From assembly GCA_964016885.1 (NCBI GenBank), contig OZ024741.1:317874001-317938000 (forward strand): DNA of 64,000 nucleotides, given 5' to 3'. The number at the start of each line of letters is the position of its first letter. The first letter of the stretch is position 1. Of this stretch, positions 13,500-26,110 are shown piece by piece. The stretch is from Eledone cirrhosa (Eukaryota). Below the pieces are notes generated by a model. That model worked only from the letters and a program-made list of their open reading frames with translations. It had not been told where the DNA came from and ran no database searches. The translations under genes and the position numbers were made by a program.

Positions 13500-13790
13500 A
13501 AGCAAATGGGGTCCCATGCGCTGGCCACTCCACAGCCCTGGCAGACAGAATGGAGAAGGCGTTTTCTCGGAAGATGGTGAGAGAGATGCGTTGGAAGAAC
13601 CATTCTAGCTCGTGAGGCTCACACCCGAGGGTAGCTAACTCTGTGCTGATGGTGGTGAGTAAGGTGGTGGTCCTATGGCCAAGGACACCAGAAGTCTCCA
13701 CTACTGCAGGCTTGACCACAAACCTTTTGGAGTTTGCTCTCCTCGGCCCGATGTACAGCAGAGCCTGGGTTAGTTGCAGACTGCACCAGG
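13500..13790 (-). mobile_element. CRE-like (restriction-like endonuclease) non-LTR retrotransposon C-terminal fragment
   Basis: PAVVETSGVLG...WFFQRISLTIFRENAFSILS resembles the P..ET.G..G...QRIS..IQRGNA..IL end of CRE-type ORFs. Confidence 0.6.
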
Positions 13791-14355
13791 TATATAAGCA
13801 TTCATCTCTCTCTCTCTCCCTCTCTCTTTCTGTCTGTTTGTTTGTGTGTGTACAAAGCCTGTATTCTGAAGTTTCTGTAGTTGGACTTCAAAAGGTGAGT
13901 TGGGAATGGCTTTATTCCGGTGATGGTCATGAGAAAAAGTTTTTTTGTTGTGTTTGTCATAAATTGAGAGAACTATGTCGTAGTTGGTGGACGAATATAA
14001 AAACAAGGAGTGCATGGTGGGGTTGATGTGTGTATCTTACTAGAGATAAAGATTAGGGAGGGTCAATTCAAAGTTTAGGCTAACAGAATTTTAAAAAAAT
14101 TAAGAATTAAAAAAATATTGGTCAGTTTGAAGTGGAATGTGTTGCTTTTTTTTTGCGTGTGTGGGTGTGTTTATATATATATTTCCTCTCTTATCTACTT
14201 TCTTCCTTTCTGTCTTTATAGTTTCTTAAATCCTCACAACTCCTCTTCAGTGAAGGGAGATAAATCATCAGAGGAAAATCTGGGTTATCCTACCTTTTCC
14301 ATTTCAATGACATACCCAGAACACATGAGACTGTGTATGGGTGTGTATATATATT

Positions 14356-14530
14356 GAGTCTTGTTACTCTTGAGTTTCAAGAGTAACAAGACTCTCACTT
14401 GGTCATCAGTTCATATCTGATGACCCAGTGATAAGCAGGCGAAACTCCAGAGTTCCAGACTCTGTCTTAAGAAAATGAATATTTAAACTCTCCTTTGGTA
14501 TTAAGTACTCTTTTTTCTCAGCTATCAGCT
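14356..14530 (+). mobile_element. PLE-type 3' end with fold-back hairpins and a hammerhead-like core
   Basis: Perfect 18-bp hairpin 14356-14394; ggtcatcag/ctgatgacc hairpin; CTGATGA..GAAACTCCAGAGTT; ends in (TA)n. Confidence 0.55.
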
Positions 14531-15007
14531 ATATATATATTATTTTTTATGTTCATACACGGAACAAAAGCAGTACTTAAGGTTTCAAGGCCCAATATTG
14601 ACCATGTCTCCAAAATGTAAGAAGGATAAAAAAAATTGTAGCCCAATTTTCAGGTGCTTGTATAAACATAAATAAATAATTGTTTCTACTTTAGGCACAA
14701 GGCCAGCAATTATCTCAGTGCATTACTGGTACTTTATTTTATCGACCCCGTAAATAAATAATATAGCATATCAGTTCTCTTCCAATTTAGTACTGTTGTC
14801 CTTTTTCCTAATTCACACCTACGGATATTTTCTTCATGCATATATATGCATATATATATATAATAATAATAATGATAATTTCTAGTATAGGTAAAAGGCC
14901 AGAAATTTGAGGGAGGGGAAAGTCGATTAAGTCGACGCCAGTACTGGACTGTCTGTTTTTCCATTATTTTTCTGTTATCTTTGTCCAGTGGGCCCACTTT
15001 TCTGGAT

Positions 15008-15720
15008 ATCATCATGATCATGATCATGATCATCATCATCATCATCATCACGGTTTTACGTCCGTTCTTCCACGCTAGCATGGGTTAGATGGGTTGTCCT
15101 GTCGGCTGACCTTGTCTTGCTCATACGGGAACTGATTCTGGCTTGATTTCTACAGCTAGATGCCCTCCCTAACACCATAGCTGAATCTATGGTAGAACTA
15201 GAGAAGAAATTCCAAACTTGAAACCAGGGACTAGAAAGAAAGGGCCTCAAAGTCAACCTGACAAAGACTAAGGTAAGTAGACGAGAAAACAGAACCCAGA
15301 TCCCCTCAGGGAAATGGCCTTGCTCAGTATGTAGGAAAGGTGTAGGTAGGAACTCCATTCTCTGTCCCAGATGCAAACAATGGGTACACAAGATATGTAG
15401 CAGGATCTCAGGAAGCTTAACTAAGAATGTAGGCTTCACATGTAGCAGCTGTGCAGGGACAGCAAGCTGCAAACAGCCACAGGAAACAAGTACCACCAAA
15501 CTCTGGGATGGCTCTGTAGAAACAGTAGACAGCTTCTGCTACCTAGGTGACCGAATTAGCAGTGGAGGTGGGTGTTCGGAAAGTACAATAACTAGGGTAA
15601 GAACGGGATGGAAGAAGTTCAGGGAGCTACTGCCACTGCTAGCTGCAAAAGGCTTTTCCCTCAAAATGAAAGGCAGACTGTATGATGCGTGTATACGAAC
15701 AGCAATGTTACATGGTAGTG
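15008..15720. mobile_element. RTE subfamily C insertion with 5' inversion
   Basis: 3' tail/UTR on minus (15008-15177) joined directly to an RT/PHD segment on plus (15178-15720). Confidence 0.8.
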
Positions 15721-15745
15721 TATATATGTGTATATATATATATGT

Positions 15746-16040
15746 ATCATTATCATCATTTAACGTCCATCTTCCACATTAGCATGGGTTAGATGGTTTT
15801 GTTCTATTTGATGCGGGATTGGTCGGGACACCGTGTCTCACTCATACAGAAGTGTCTCTGGCAGGTTTTCTATGGCTGGATGCCCTTCCTAACACCCACC
15901 ACTTTTACAGTGTGGACTGGGAGCCTTTTTGCCATGTCTTCTACACGACCACTTTACAGTGTGGACTGGGTGCTTTTTGTTGTGTCACCAGCACAATGGA
16001 TGGAAATGGGAGGATGGGGTAGAGTGTGTGGGGTGGGATG
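15746..16040 (-). mobile_element. RTE 3'UTR / SINE-body fragment
   Basis: Tail plus ggatgcccttcctaacacc plus two pseudoknot modules. Confidence 0.75.
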
Positions 16041-17497
16041 TATATATGTGTATATATGTATATATGTATATATGTGTATATATATATATATATACATGTG
16101 TATATAAGAAAGTTAGTGAAATATATTCATACACACCTAAATGTGTACTAAGATATATCAAAGCTTAAAGACTAGAGACAATCTGTACTGAATGCAAGAT
16201 TACTTAATTCGTAGAGTCATCACCATTATCCTCATTTAACGTCCATTTTCCACGCTAGCATGGGTTAGACGGTATCTTATTAAAATTAATAAAAATTTGG
16301 TGAGCTGTTTAATATGTTGAGAGGTTGGACTGCTATTTCTAGTGGATGAGAACCAGATTTTGTATATTATATATTCAGCACATTGAAATGTAGAATTGTA
16401 CTTATTTGGCATAGTAAGTTGATCTGAGAATATATGTTGAAACTAAAACAATTGCCCTACGGAACAGTTATTTTAATCATTCAAAAACACATTTTAAAAA
16501 ATCCATTGTACATTTTCTTTAAGTGGCCAACACATTTATTGCAATACAAAATATCCAGTAGTAAAAAACAAACTGTACAATAGACATGGCAATAAAGAAA
16601 CCCCAAAAAAAAGAGTGGGAAATAAGAAAAAGAATAAGAAAAAAAAGGAATTAAGCAACGAAAGGAAGAGAGGGAGGAAGTGACAGACTGTACACCTCAG
16701 TCTTAGTGGTGTTTCAGTTGCACACCATGGATAAAATGGCAAAGGTATTGCTGTGGAGAATGGCCAGTGCTACCCACTACAACAGTCACTCCACCTTACA
16801 GGGCTCCTTTCTCAGGCAGGCTGCTGTCTTTCTGATTTTAGGAAGGAAATCAGCAGTGCAGGGACCGAGGAGACCTGAGACTTGATGGCATCAGGTACAA
16901 AAAAGAAGCGCGCGGTCAAGTCTCAGTATTTAGTTATCTTCCTTGCCTCTGCTTTGTGGACAGCAGTGCCTAGATTTGTGGCTGAAGTGACAAGGGGTTG
17001 GAGACAGAGAACGAGTGACAATATATCACGCCCTAGATTAGGGATTTACCTCCCTCAAATGGGAAGAGTGTTATAAAAATGTTGACATCAAGAAATAAAT
17101 GATAAACTGTAAAGTGAATATAACAGTTTTTGTGTGTTTTCTTGTGTCAAGGAGCTGTAACTGACATAATATCAGCAATAGATACGTTGTTTCCTTAGTC
17201 TGATCTGATGATAAGCTTTTCATTTTTTTAAAAATATTTTTTGGTGTCAAAATTTTCCTCAATGAAAATTTTGATACCAGAAAATGTATGATAAATGTAA
17301 AATGAAATTTTTGTGTCTAAAAGTTTTTTGTTTTTTTAATGATTAATATGGTTCTTTCACAATGTAATTGTGAACTGTAAAGTTTAAATGTTTTTTTTTC
17401 TTTGAGAAAATATTTTTTGTGTTTTTGTTTTTTATTAAATATATTTTGGTTCTTTGGGGTATCTACTATCAAGATATTTGTTTAATTTTCACATAAT

Positions 17498-19128
17498 TTA
17501 GTGATATCCAATTGTGTTACAAATTGCAGGTGGAAGTATGTCTTCATATGTAATATTTTCAAGTTGGATGAGTTGCATTACAAGACATTGCAAAGGGAGG
17601 GGAACCTTTGATGGTATTAACTGTCTTTTACCTGTTTCTAAGTAATGGTAGGTCTTCACACATCGACCTTTTGTAGTCAGAACCAAGTCTTCTTGGGCCA
17701 GAAACACATCCATGTATTCCCACCGTCCATGTACACGCATACACACTAGGGTTTGACTGTCATCGATTCTCTCAAGCAGCACTTTACTGTTGTTTATGGG
17801 GGACACTACATCAAATAAAACACATGGTAATGGAACTATGACAAATAGTTTGTCACAGGAGGAAGAACTACTGGGATTAGACGACTTTAGTTTTGTAATA
17901 AATTCCAAAAGATTAAGTAAACGGATGAAGACCTCTTGGAAACGCCCCATGTTAAATGTTTCATCTTCCGTTCCACTGTCACGCTTTTGCAACAAGTTGA
18001 GATTGCATATGACATCTCGGAACATTCCATTGAATATACCAAGGGCCCTCTCTACAGGCACAACAATTTCTCCATATTCACAGAATATATTATAAAGTAG
18101 CTGAAAGATGCCAGTGATGACATTACTGTCAAGAACGTGGTGAGGTTTCCGACAGATCTGAAGCAGATGAATGTAGATAATCCATGACTGGGCAAAGTCC
18201 ATCGATCGACTGGTCAGTTCAGCAGCTTCTTTAAGGGCATAGAACGTCTTATCACAAGTGGGTCCAAGAACCTTTTCAATGGCAAGAAGGGCATGAAGAT
18301 CTAGAGAATAATCTTTAGGAACATAAGTCTCCAGTGTTTCTTTGATCCTTATTTTGGTTTCTTCATTAAAAAAATCTTTGGGACATTCTTTAGGATATGG
18401 AAATGTTATAAGTAAATACACCAATATTTCACATTCTCCATACAATGCTGCCAATTGGAATGCATCATAGCCATCAATATTAACTTCATAGGGATCCACC
18501 TCTTGCATAAGCAAGAACTTACACATTTCAAAGAAGCCCTTACGTACACTCAGATGCAACATTGTATCACCATTTTGGTCTTTGGCATTCAAATCAGCTC
18601 CATTCTCCATAAGAAGTCTCATTAATCCCATGTTCCAGAGAGCTGCATGCAGTGGGGTGTATCCCCATTCATCGGAAGCATTCATATTAGCACCACTCAA
18701 AATAAGGCTTTCAACAATTTGAAGGTTGACATTCTGAGCTGCAAGTAAGATGACTGGACAGTCACCTTCACCCTTAGCATTCACATCAGCCTCATATTCT
18801 AACAAGATGTCAACAGCTTCTACATTGCGCCGTTCAACAGCCAGCCAAAGAGGTGTTACTGGTGTGGTGCCGTTGGTATCTCTCTGTTCAATATCAGCAT
18901 CACAGTGTTGCAATAAAAACTTCATCAGGTCAGTTTGTGCTGATATTGTAGCCAGAGATAACATAGTGTGGCCCATATGTTTCTCTTTGACAATGAACTT
19001 ACGTTGGACTGCAGAAAACTGGTTAAGCTCATCTTTAACAATGTCAGTGTAATTCTGGTGAATTAATTCAAATATTCTGCAGGAAATTGATGATAATCTG
19101 TTCCTACTAAGACCTTCAATTGACGGAT
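17498..19128 (-). CDS. Terminal coding exon of a divergent FEM1-like ankyrin-repeat / VHL-box protein
   Basis: Frame stays open upstream of the 492-aa ORF to acceptor tttcttccttacag at 19129; ~6 ankyrin repeats (TPLWLAV, TPLHAAL, TMLHLSV); HALLAIEKVLGP resembles FEM1 QALLIRERILGP; C-terminal PLQCLVMQLI..ITYEDILPPAICNTIGYH resembles the FEM1 BC/cullin-2 box ending in H. Confidence 0.85.
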
Positions 19129-19544
19129 CTGTAAGGAAGAAATATTTTATAAGTTAATATCAAATTTGTGGAGAATTACAACACATTTTTAAAGATTATT
19201 TTACCCTACTAAAGCTGGACTTGGTCTTATGAGCCTCATAATAGGCTTCTTACCCATCAACATTTTTGGGGGGAAGGAGGCAGCATATTTTTACAGCCAG
19301 ATGTCTTTCCTGGCACCATCCCTTTTAGTCACCTCTAATAACATACAGCGATATGGGTGCATACTCTAAACCAGATACAGTTAAATTCAACAACAATAAC
19401 AAGTGTTTTAAGGTTCTTTTGCCTGCAAAATCAGAGGTTAGGCTGGCAGCCCTATAACAAGCTTCATCATGGAGTCCTTTCTCAGGCAATGTTTTATAGT
19501 CAGATGCCCTTCTTGGGGCCAACTCTTTTAGTCACTTCTTATTA

Positions 19545-19652
19545 TCCATGGGGTTGGTGTTAGAAAGGGCATCCAGCTGTAGAAATCAAGCCAGAATCAG
19601 TTCCCATCCCACCCTTGCAAGCAGGGAAAAGCGGACGTAAAATGATGATGAT
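19545..19652 (+). mobile_element. RTE-tailed SINE 3' fragment
   Basis: Matches 47270-47375. Confidence 0.75.
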
Positions 19653-20549
19653 ACAGTATATTTATTCTAAATCAAATATACACTTAACTAGGATGTGACA
19701 TGCAGTGATGCTTTCTTCAATGGGAACCTGGGGAAATCACCACCAGACCCAGTCTTTGTTACCCCAACAGGCTGAAAATCACAGACTGACAAAGTACAAT
19801 CTGCTATCTGGTCAATTTATTATCAACTCCATAGCAGTCTCCAAACCATTTCTCTACTTACTGCTATCAAGACAAAGATAGCCATTCACAAGAATGAGCC
19901 ACACCGTACCATCCTCAAGAATAACACATCTGCCATATTGTCTGCAGGGACCATGAAACAATAACAACTCATGATGCTGGTTAAGTAAATGTTATTGTTG
20001 TTGTTATTATTGCAGCCACTTTGAGGTTATATTTTCAAAATACACATATCATGGCACCAGTACCAGGGAAGTCGTCATGTCTTTGACATAACTGAAGAGC
20101 TCTCTCTACCCTTTGTTTGGTAGGCTACCTATAGCTAGATACCTTTCCTACCAGCAACCACTATTCCACAAGTGGAATGAAGTAGGTGGGGTGGGGGGTT
20201 AACCCACCTATCTCCCTCCACTCTAAAGCAAAGAAGCAGAGAGATGGAATAACTATCAGGTCATCACTTGCCAATATACTCTCAACTTCTTTGCCCAGCA
20301 ATGCTAGCAGGGAAATCTAAGAGGAACCTTGGTTGATTCACCTTCCCTGCTGAACCCTGGCATTCACAGCACTTTACCAACCTAGGAAAGCCAGGCACAC
20401 CCCAAAATGAAAGACACTACCTATCCAACTACTTGCCCAAAACAGTATAAATGCCTCCCTTTTAGGCCACCAAGGGAAGACCCCCCTACCCTTCAGCAAT
20501 ACCCCAGCCCCAATCCCCCCCAGCATGACCATGTACACTGAGCACCCCT

Positions 20550-20965
20550 ATACTGCTGGTGCCATGACAAAAAGTACCTAGTCCACCCTGTAAAGTGGTG
20601 TTAGAGTCATGATAAAATGCTCCCAGTTCACTCTGTAAAGTAGTTGGTGTTAGGAAGAACATCCAGCTGTAGAAACCATTCTCTCAGTATACATTGTAAA
20701 GTGGTAGGTGTTAAGAAGGGCATCCAACTATTGAAACCATGCTTCCAGTACATGCCATCAAGTGACAGGCAATAGGAAGGGCATCCAGCCATAGAAAACA
20801 TGCTCCCACTACATGCTGCAAAGTGGTTTGTGTTAGGAAGGGCATTCAACTATAAAAACCAAGCCAAAACAAAGAATAGAGCAGGACCTAGACATCTGAC
20901 CTCACCAAATTAGAGCCATCTAACCCATGCAAGAATGGAGAAAAAGATGGTGATGGTGGTGATGA
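20550..20965 (+). repeat. RTE/SINE 3' fragment with ~61-bp module tandemly repeated ~4 times
   Basis: Repeating ctgtaaagtggttggtgttaggaagggcatccagctgtagaaaccatgct. Confidence 0.8.
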
Positions 20966-20987
20966 TATACATATTCATATATATATA

Positions 20988-21475
20988 TACGATATTAACA
21001 AATGGAAACTATATTTATTTCATTATACATATTTCAAGGACACCAAGTTAAATTATGGTGTGCTTTCATCAGATAAAATATAATATAGATCAGTTTTATA
21101 AATAAATATTGACATACCCTTAAAGAATGCAACCATTGCTGTTGGAAGCTCCTGGATAGTGGAGTTGTAGCTTTTAAAAGCTACAACTCCACTATCCGGG
21201 AGCTTCCAACAGCAATGGTTGATTCTTTAAGGGTATGTCAATATTTATTTATAAAACTGATCTATATTATATTTTATCTGATGAAAGCACACCATAATTT
21301 AACTTGGTGTCCTTGAAATATGTATAATGAAATATCTATGGTTTTATAAATATAGTTTCCATTTGTTAATATCGTATTTTTACTCCAAATATTTGTTGAG
21401 TGCTTTATATCAGTTATAAAAATATTTGCTTGTTGTACCCCAACAATTTAAATAGAACTTTTACACATATATATA
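20988..21475. mobile_element. PLE 3' end with spacer-less palindrome (arms ~185 bp, centre 21175/21176)
   Basis: gttgtagctttt|aaaagctacaac; the arms mirror out to 20988 and 21377. Confidence 0.85.
21269..21335 (+). ncRNA. Minimal hammerhead ribozyme (mirror copy on minus at ~21015-21081)
   Basis: ATATTTTAT-CTGATGA-AAGCACACCA/TGGTGTCCTT-GAAA-TATGTA-TA-ATGAAATAT. Confidence 0.75.
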
Positions 21476-21714
21476 TATATATGTAGTGTCAAGAGCTTCT
21501 GTAGGATTAATAAAGGAAAAAGAGTGCTCTATGTTAAGTACAGAGCCAAAATATATTATCATAATTAATTTCTCAACACAGTTGCTTGCTACCTAAGGTT
21601 TCAAAGCCTACTCTGGCAAAAGTTGTAGACACTAAATACATGCTAGCGTTGCTTATTTTTCAGGTAACATTAAGATGGCCGACGTTGTTTCATACGTGAG
21701 ATCTCGTCGAATGT

Positions 21715-21860
21715 AATAATAATTGTTTCTACATTTGGCACAAGGCCAGTAATTACTGGTACTTTATTTTGCACTGGGTAATTACTGGCCTTGTGCCAAA
21801 TATAGAAACAATTATTATTACCTCCCTTACATTTGACGAGATCGTAGGGAGGTAATAATA
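21715..21860. repeat. Head-to-head pair of Nin-SINE 3' ends with extra template-switch segments
   Basis: aattgtttctacatttggcacaaggccag ... ctggccttgtgccaaatatagaaacaatt. Confidence 0.8.
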
Positions 21861-21899
21861 ATGTAGCAATAAATTTAGTGATTTTGTTATTCAGGGGAA

Positions 21900-23230
21900 G
21901 TAACTCATGTGCCTGTAAGTTTATAGTTCTGAATGCAATTATAATTGTTAAAGTGTCTGTATGTGAGTTTGTGTTTTTCCATGTATAATTACAAGGATTA
22001 TTGTAGTGAAAGCATGTTTTTATTAAAGTGTAGGGTGTTGTTAAATTTGTATATGTTGTGTGTTTGTATTATTTATATAGGTTGTTGTATTTAACCCATA
22101 TTAAGGTGGAGTGTGATATGTGCTATTTATGTGTATATTATTTATATAGCTCATTGTATTTAACTATATTTAGGCACAGTGTGATGTGTGTATAGGTCTG
22201 AGAACAATTTAGTGGATTAAGGCAGGTGTAAGATAGAGAGTGAACACCTCTTTATTCCTGTAATATAAGGGTCTGTCTTATGGAGGATGTCCCGTTTAAT
22301 TGAATATCCCTTTATCCTTCAGTTTCCATTTTCAATTTGCCAGTCATCTTAATTTTCTAGAGTTTGAATGATGTAACATGTGAGTAATACCATTGATTAA
22401 ACCAGACTTGCATCATACCCATATATCCTTCTCAGCTCATTGTGCGGTGGGTTGTAACTGGTGTGATGGTGTTTTCAAATATGAATGACCTGACATTGCA
22501 TTTCGTTGCAGAGGGCAGTCATCTTTTATCCAGCATAAACATTTCCATCAGGTTCTTTTTTGTTTGTTATCTTTGTCCTCATGGAAGGTCTGCAGGAGTA
22601 GCTGATTTTCACTGACTGCCTATTGAAAATTTTCCTAAAACTATGTTGAATGGGGAAATGTTTGTCTAATAGTTCTAAGAATGTTTTGCCTATGTTAGTC
22701 TTCACTTCTAGGGAGTAAGAAGGTGTAAACCAAATTATATATTTTTTCTACTTTTACGTAAGCTTTGAGTGGTGGTGTTAGGTATTTAGTAAGTTTTATC
22801 TGTGAAGCCGCTATCTGTAAGTGCTTTGTTATAGGATAGGGCTGCCCTATCAAATATCTTCTTGGAGGAAGATAAGTTAAAGATTCTACATCTAATGTTA
22901 GGGACTAGATTTTTAAAGATTACTGGGGAGTACCAGGACCCTCTAGTAATATATCTTAGTTTTTCGTTTGTAATGGTGAATGGGTACCTGTAGTTAAATC
23001 CAATTTAACATCTAAGAAATTGGCATTGGTTAGCTTAGTATTTTAAGTCCTAAGTTACTGAAGGTCTGTATTAGTTCCTTGTGGAAATTATTTAAGGAAT
23101 GTTTGTTGCGGTTGTGGGATACTGCCAAATTGTCATTGTGGTAGAGATCAATGACATGATTGGAAAATTTTCCTTTAAGGATAGAAAAGTGAATAATCCA
23201 ACCAAATTGCACACATCAATACATCTAAGG
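21900..23230 (-). mobile_element. Degraded Penelope-like element (RT thumb/linker + GIY-YIG)
   Basis: Minus-strand translation includes RIFNLSSSKKIFD..YNKALTDSGF and NIIWFTPSYSLEVKTNIGKTFLELLDKHFP..KIFNRQSVKISYSC; many stops. Confidence 0.75.
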
Positions 23231-23334
23231 GATCTTCATAGACAATGGTTTTGGAATTTTATTAAATAAAATCAAAGAGCACATGTCAAGGGTACTGAGG
23301 ACAGCCAGGCAAAGAGGAAGAGTAAAGCCTTATA

Positions 23335-23920
23335 AAATCACCAACACTAGGGAGGTTGCTAAGCCCTTTGCTCAACTGTAGACCCCCCCCCATCCTTATT
23401 TATATATCATCATCATCATTTAACGTCTGCTTTCCCTGCTAGCAAGAGATGGACGGGTCTTCACAGAGAGAGAGAGTCTGTATTGAAGTGGAGGCTCTGA
23501 CCTTCCAGGCAGGCTGTGGGTTCACATCTCGCTTACTACCAAGTGCATTTTATTATTGCATCAACACTAGGGAGGTTGTCACGTTCTTGACATAAGAGAA
23601 AAGTCCTCCTAAATCTTTGTTTAGCAAGCCTTCAACAGCTAGATGCCCTTCCTAACACCAACCATTTTACACCATGTACTGGGTGCATTTATCATGTAGA
23701 TTACCAACACTAGGGACGTTGTCATGTCCTTGACACAACTGAAGGGTCTTCTCAACCCCTTGTTTGGCAGGCTTCCTATGGCTACATGTCCTTCCCATCA
23801 CCAACCCCTTTACAGCATGGACTGGGTGTGTTTATCATGTTGATTACTAACACTAGAAAGGTTGTTGTGTCATTGATACAACTGAAGGGTCCTCTCAACA
23901 CTTTTAGGCATCGTTTCTAC
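23335..23920 (-). repeat. Tandem ~125-bp units derived from the RTE 5'UTR/SINE body
   Basis: Repeating accaacactagggaggttgtc...gatgcccttcctaacacc...actgggtg, similar to 5670-5790. Confidence 0.65.
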
Positions 23921-24419
23921 AGCAGCGGGGTGTCCTTATGGAGTGTACCAGGTGCATTTTTATGGGATCATCACTTGAGAGATTGTTGGTCATAGTCTCA
24001 ACTGAAGAACCCTCTTTGCTCTGAGGTAGGGGTGACAGGGGAGGAATATAGATATGAAGTTATAGGTGTATGTGATGATTTGGCAGGGAAATGAGCAAGG
24101 GGAAGAGGAGGCTGATAATATATGGGGAGAGGGGATGTAGTGGTGTGGGAGATATGGTCAATAGAATGTAGGGGAGGAGTGGAGAGATAGGTAAGGGGTG
24201 ATAGTGGTGGAATGCATAAGGGGTAGAGGAAGTAGCTACTAGGATGCAACAGTGATGGAATCTAAGGGCTTTAGAGGTGAGAAGTAGCTGAAGAATGGCT
24301 CAGGATTGGGCATGGATGGTGGGCGCAGTGGTGGTGAGGGTAGCTGCAGGGGAGTGCCAGTTGAATGGAGGGTGGGGACATATGGATGGGTCAGGTGATA
24401 TTGTATTGTTTGCTTGTGG

Positions 24420-24745
24420 CTGGGTCTTCATCATCACAGCAAAGCACCACTCCTCTCAATCTTTTGTCATCTCAGTTGTGGGGTTTAGATTCTTAAGATC
24501 GCTCTTCACTACCTCATCCCAAGTCTTCCTGGATCTGCCTCTTCAAGGGGTTCCAGCCACTGGGATTTCTCTGCAATTCTTTATTCAGCTGTTATCGTCC
24601 ATATGCATCACATGTCCATACCAGAACATTCTTCTCTTTTGCACACTACAACCAATTCCTCTTATGCTGAGTTTTTCTCTAACATTGCACATCTATCAGA
24701 GTATATTCACTTCATTTCTTTCCAGCCTTCACAGGTCTTTATAGG
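24420..24745 (-). mobile_element. Old RTE LINE C-terminal fragment
   Basis: FWYGHVMHMDD..GRSRKTWDEVV. Confidence 0.7.
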
Positions 24746-25244
24746 AAATTAGCAGAGTTGTTAGAACATCGACTAGACCTGGAGAGGGCTGGGCTTTGCC
24801 AAATTTAAATGTCTAAAATAGCGTTCCTATGATTCCCTCAGGAATTAATGGTTGATGGATGAATAGATAGATATAAATATCAACATTTCTTAGTCTTCTT
24901 TATACAACACTTTTGTCTGCTGTCTCCTCTACATCTTTGAGCCCTCTATGCCCCTTTTTATATCACTTTATTCTTTTTACATAAATTAACTCCCCCCTGT
25001 TTCCTTGTGTCACAATCAGTAACTACTACAAGTTTCCTCAAAGCATGAATGAAATATTTTCGTAATGTAACCACAATTAATAAAGGCATATGTAGACCCA
25101 TATATAATATGTTTATGTATATTAAATATGTATGTTGTATATGGACCCTTACTCAATATATATTTAGGTATAATAAATATATTGTATATGGGTCCAAATA
25201 CAATATATTTATATATAGATTTCATAAATAAACTATTGGAGCAT

Positions 25245-25684
25245 CAGGGGCGGTGGAACTGGGAAGGCCAAGCTCCTTCCCTACCAATAATTATATTTTT
25301 CTCCCCAAACTACCAAAACACACATCTATTTTTATATGTGCTACAATTTATGTACATGTTATGTTTATCGTATATCAAATTTTTTTTTATATCTTTGTTG
25401 ATATTTGATAATATATCATGTTAACTTTCATAGCAAATTTTTTTGTCATATAAATTTTTCTCCACTTATCACTATTGCCAATTACTAGTATGTGTATTCA
25501 GAGACAGATTTCATAGGTCATTTTGCTATAATCAGTTTATAATTATTGAAAGCTGTAAATGTAATATGACCTGCTTTTCTTTTTGCATTTTCTGACCCTT
25601 TTAGAGAACAAAGGGCTAAACTAATCACTACAACTAAATTGACCAAATTTACCCCCTAATTCAGAAATGCTTCCACCGCCCCTG
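25245..25684. mobile_element. Non-autonomous DNA transposon (MITE)
   Basis: 14-bp TIR CAGGGGCGGTGGAA / TTCCACCGCCCCTG; AGCAT on both flanks. Confidence 0.7.
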
Positions 25685-25869
25685 AGCATTGAGTAAATTG
25701 ATTGAAATTCTAAGAAAATGTAGAAATCTCAAACACAGAAAATAACTGTAATTACAGTAGATTGCTATAAAAGCTTAGAAAATCAGGTAAAATACCCCTA
25801 TGGATGGAATTTGAAAGATACGAAGTTTGATCTTTCATATCAGCTGCTAGTCACTTTTTCAATCTTTTG

Positions 25870-26110
25870 CAAGTGGCTAAGCATTCCACAGATACTAACC
25901 CTAACCCTTAACATAGTTCCCAGGGAGATTCAGTGTGACAATGAACGTAACAAGGCTGGCGCTTTGAATTACAGGTACAACTCATGTCTCCCAGTTGACT
26001 GACTGGAGCAACATAAAATGTCTTGCTCAAGGACACAATGCGCTACCGGGAATCGAAATCACGACCTTACATTGTGAGCCAAATACCTTAATCACAAAGC
26101 CACGCATCTT
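25870..26110 (-). mobile_element. tRNA/CORE SINE, second family
   Basis: Reverse complement of tRNA head (gggaatcgaaatc) and CORE block (tcttgctcaaggacacaa). Confidence 0.7.

Noticed and set aside
21900-23230. Selenocysteine-encoding PLE
   Set aside because: Copy too degraded; the cysteines in the cleaner fragments (330-512, 48914-49117) use TGT/TGC; no SECIS recognised.
25893-25910. Telomeric repeat (taaccctaaccc)
   Set aside because: Only two units, inside a SINE.
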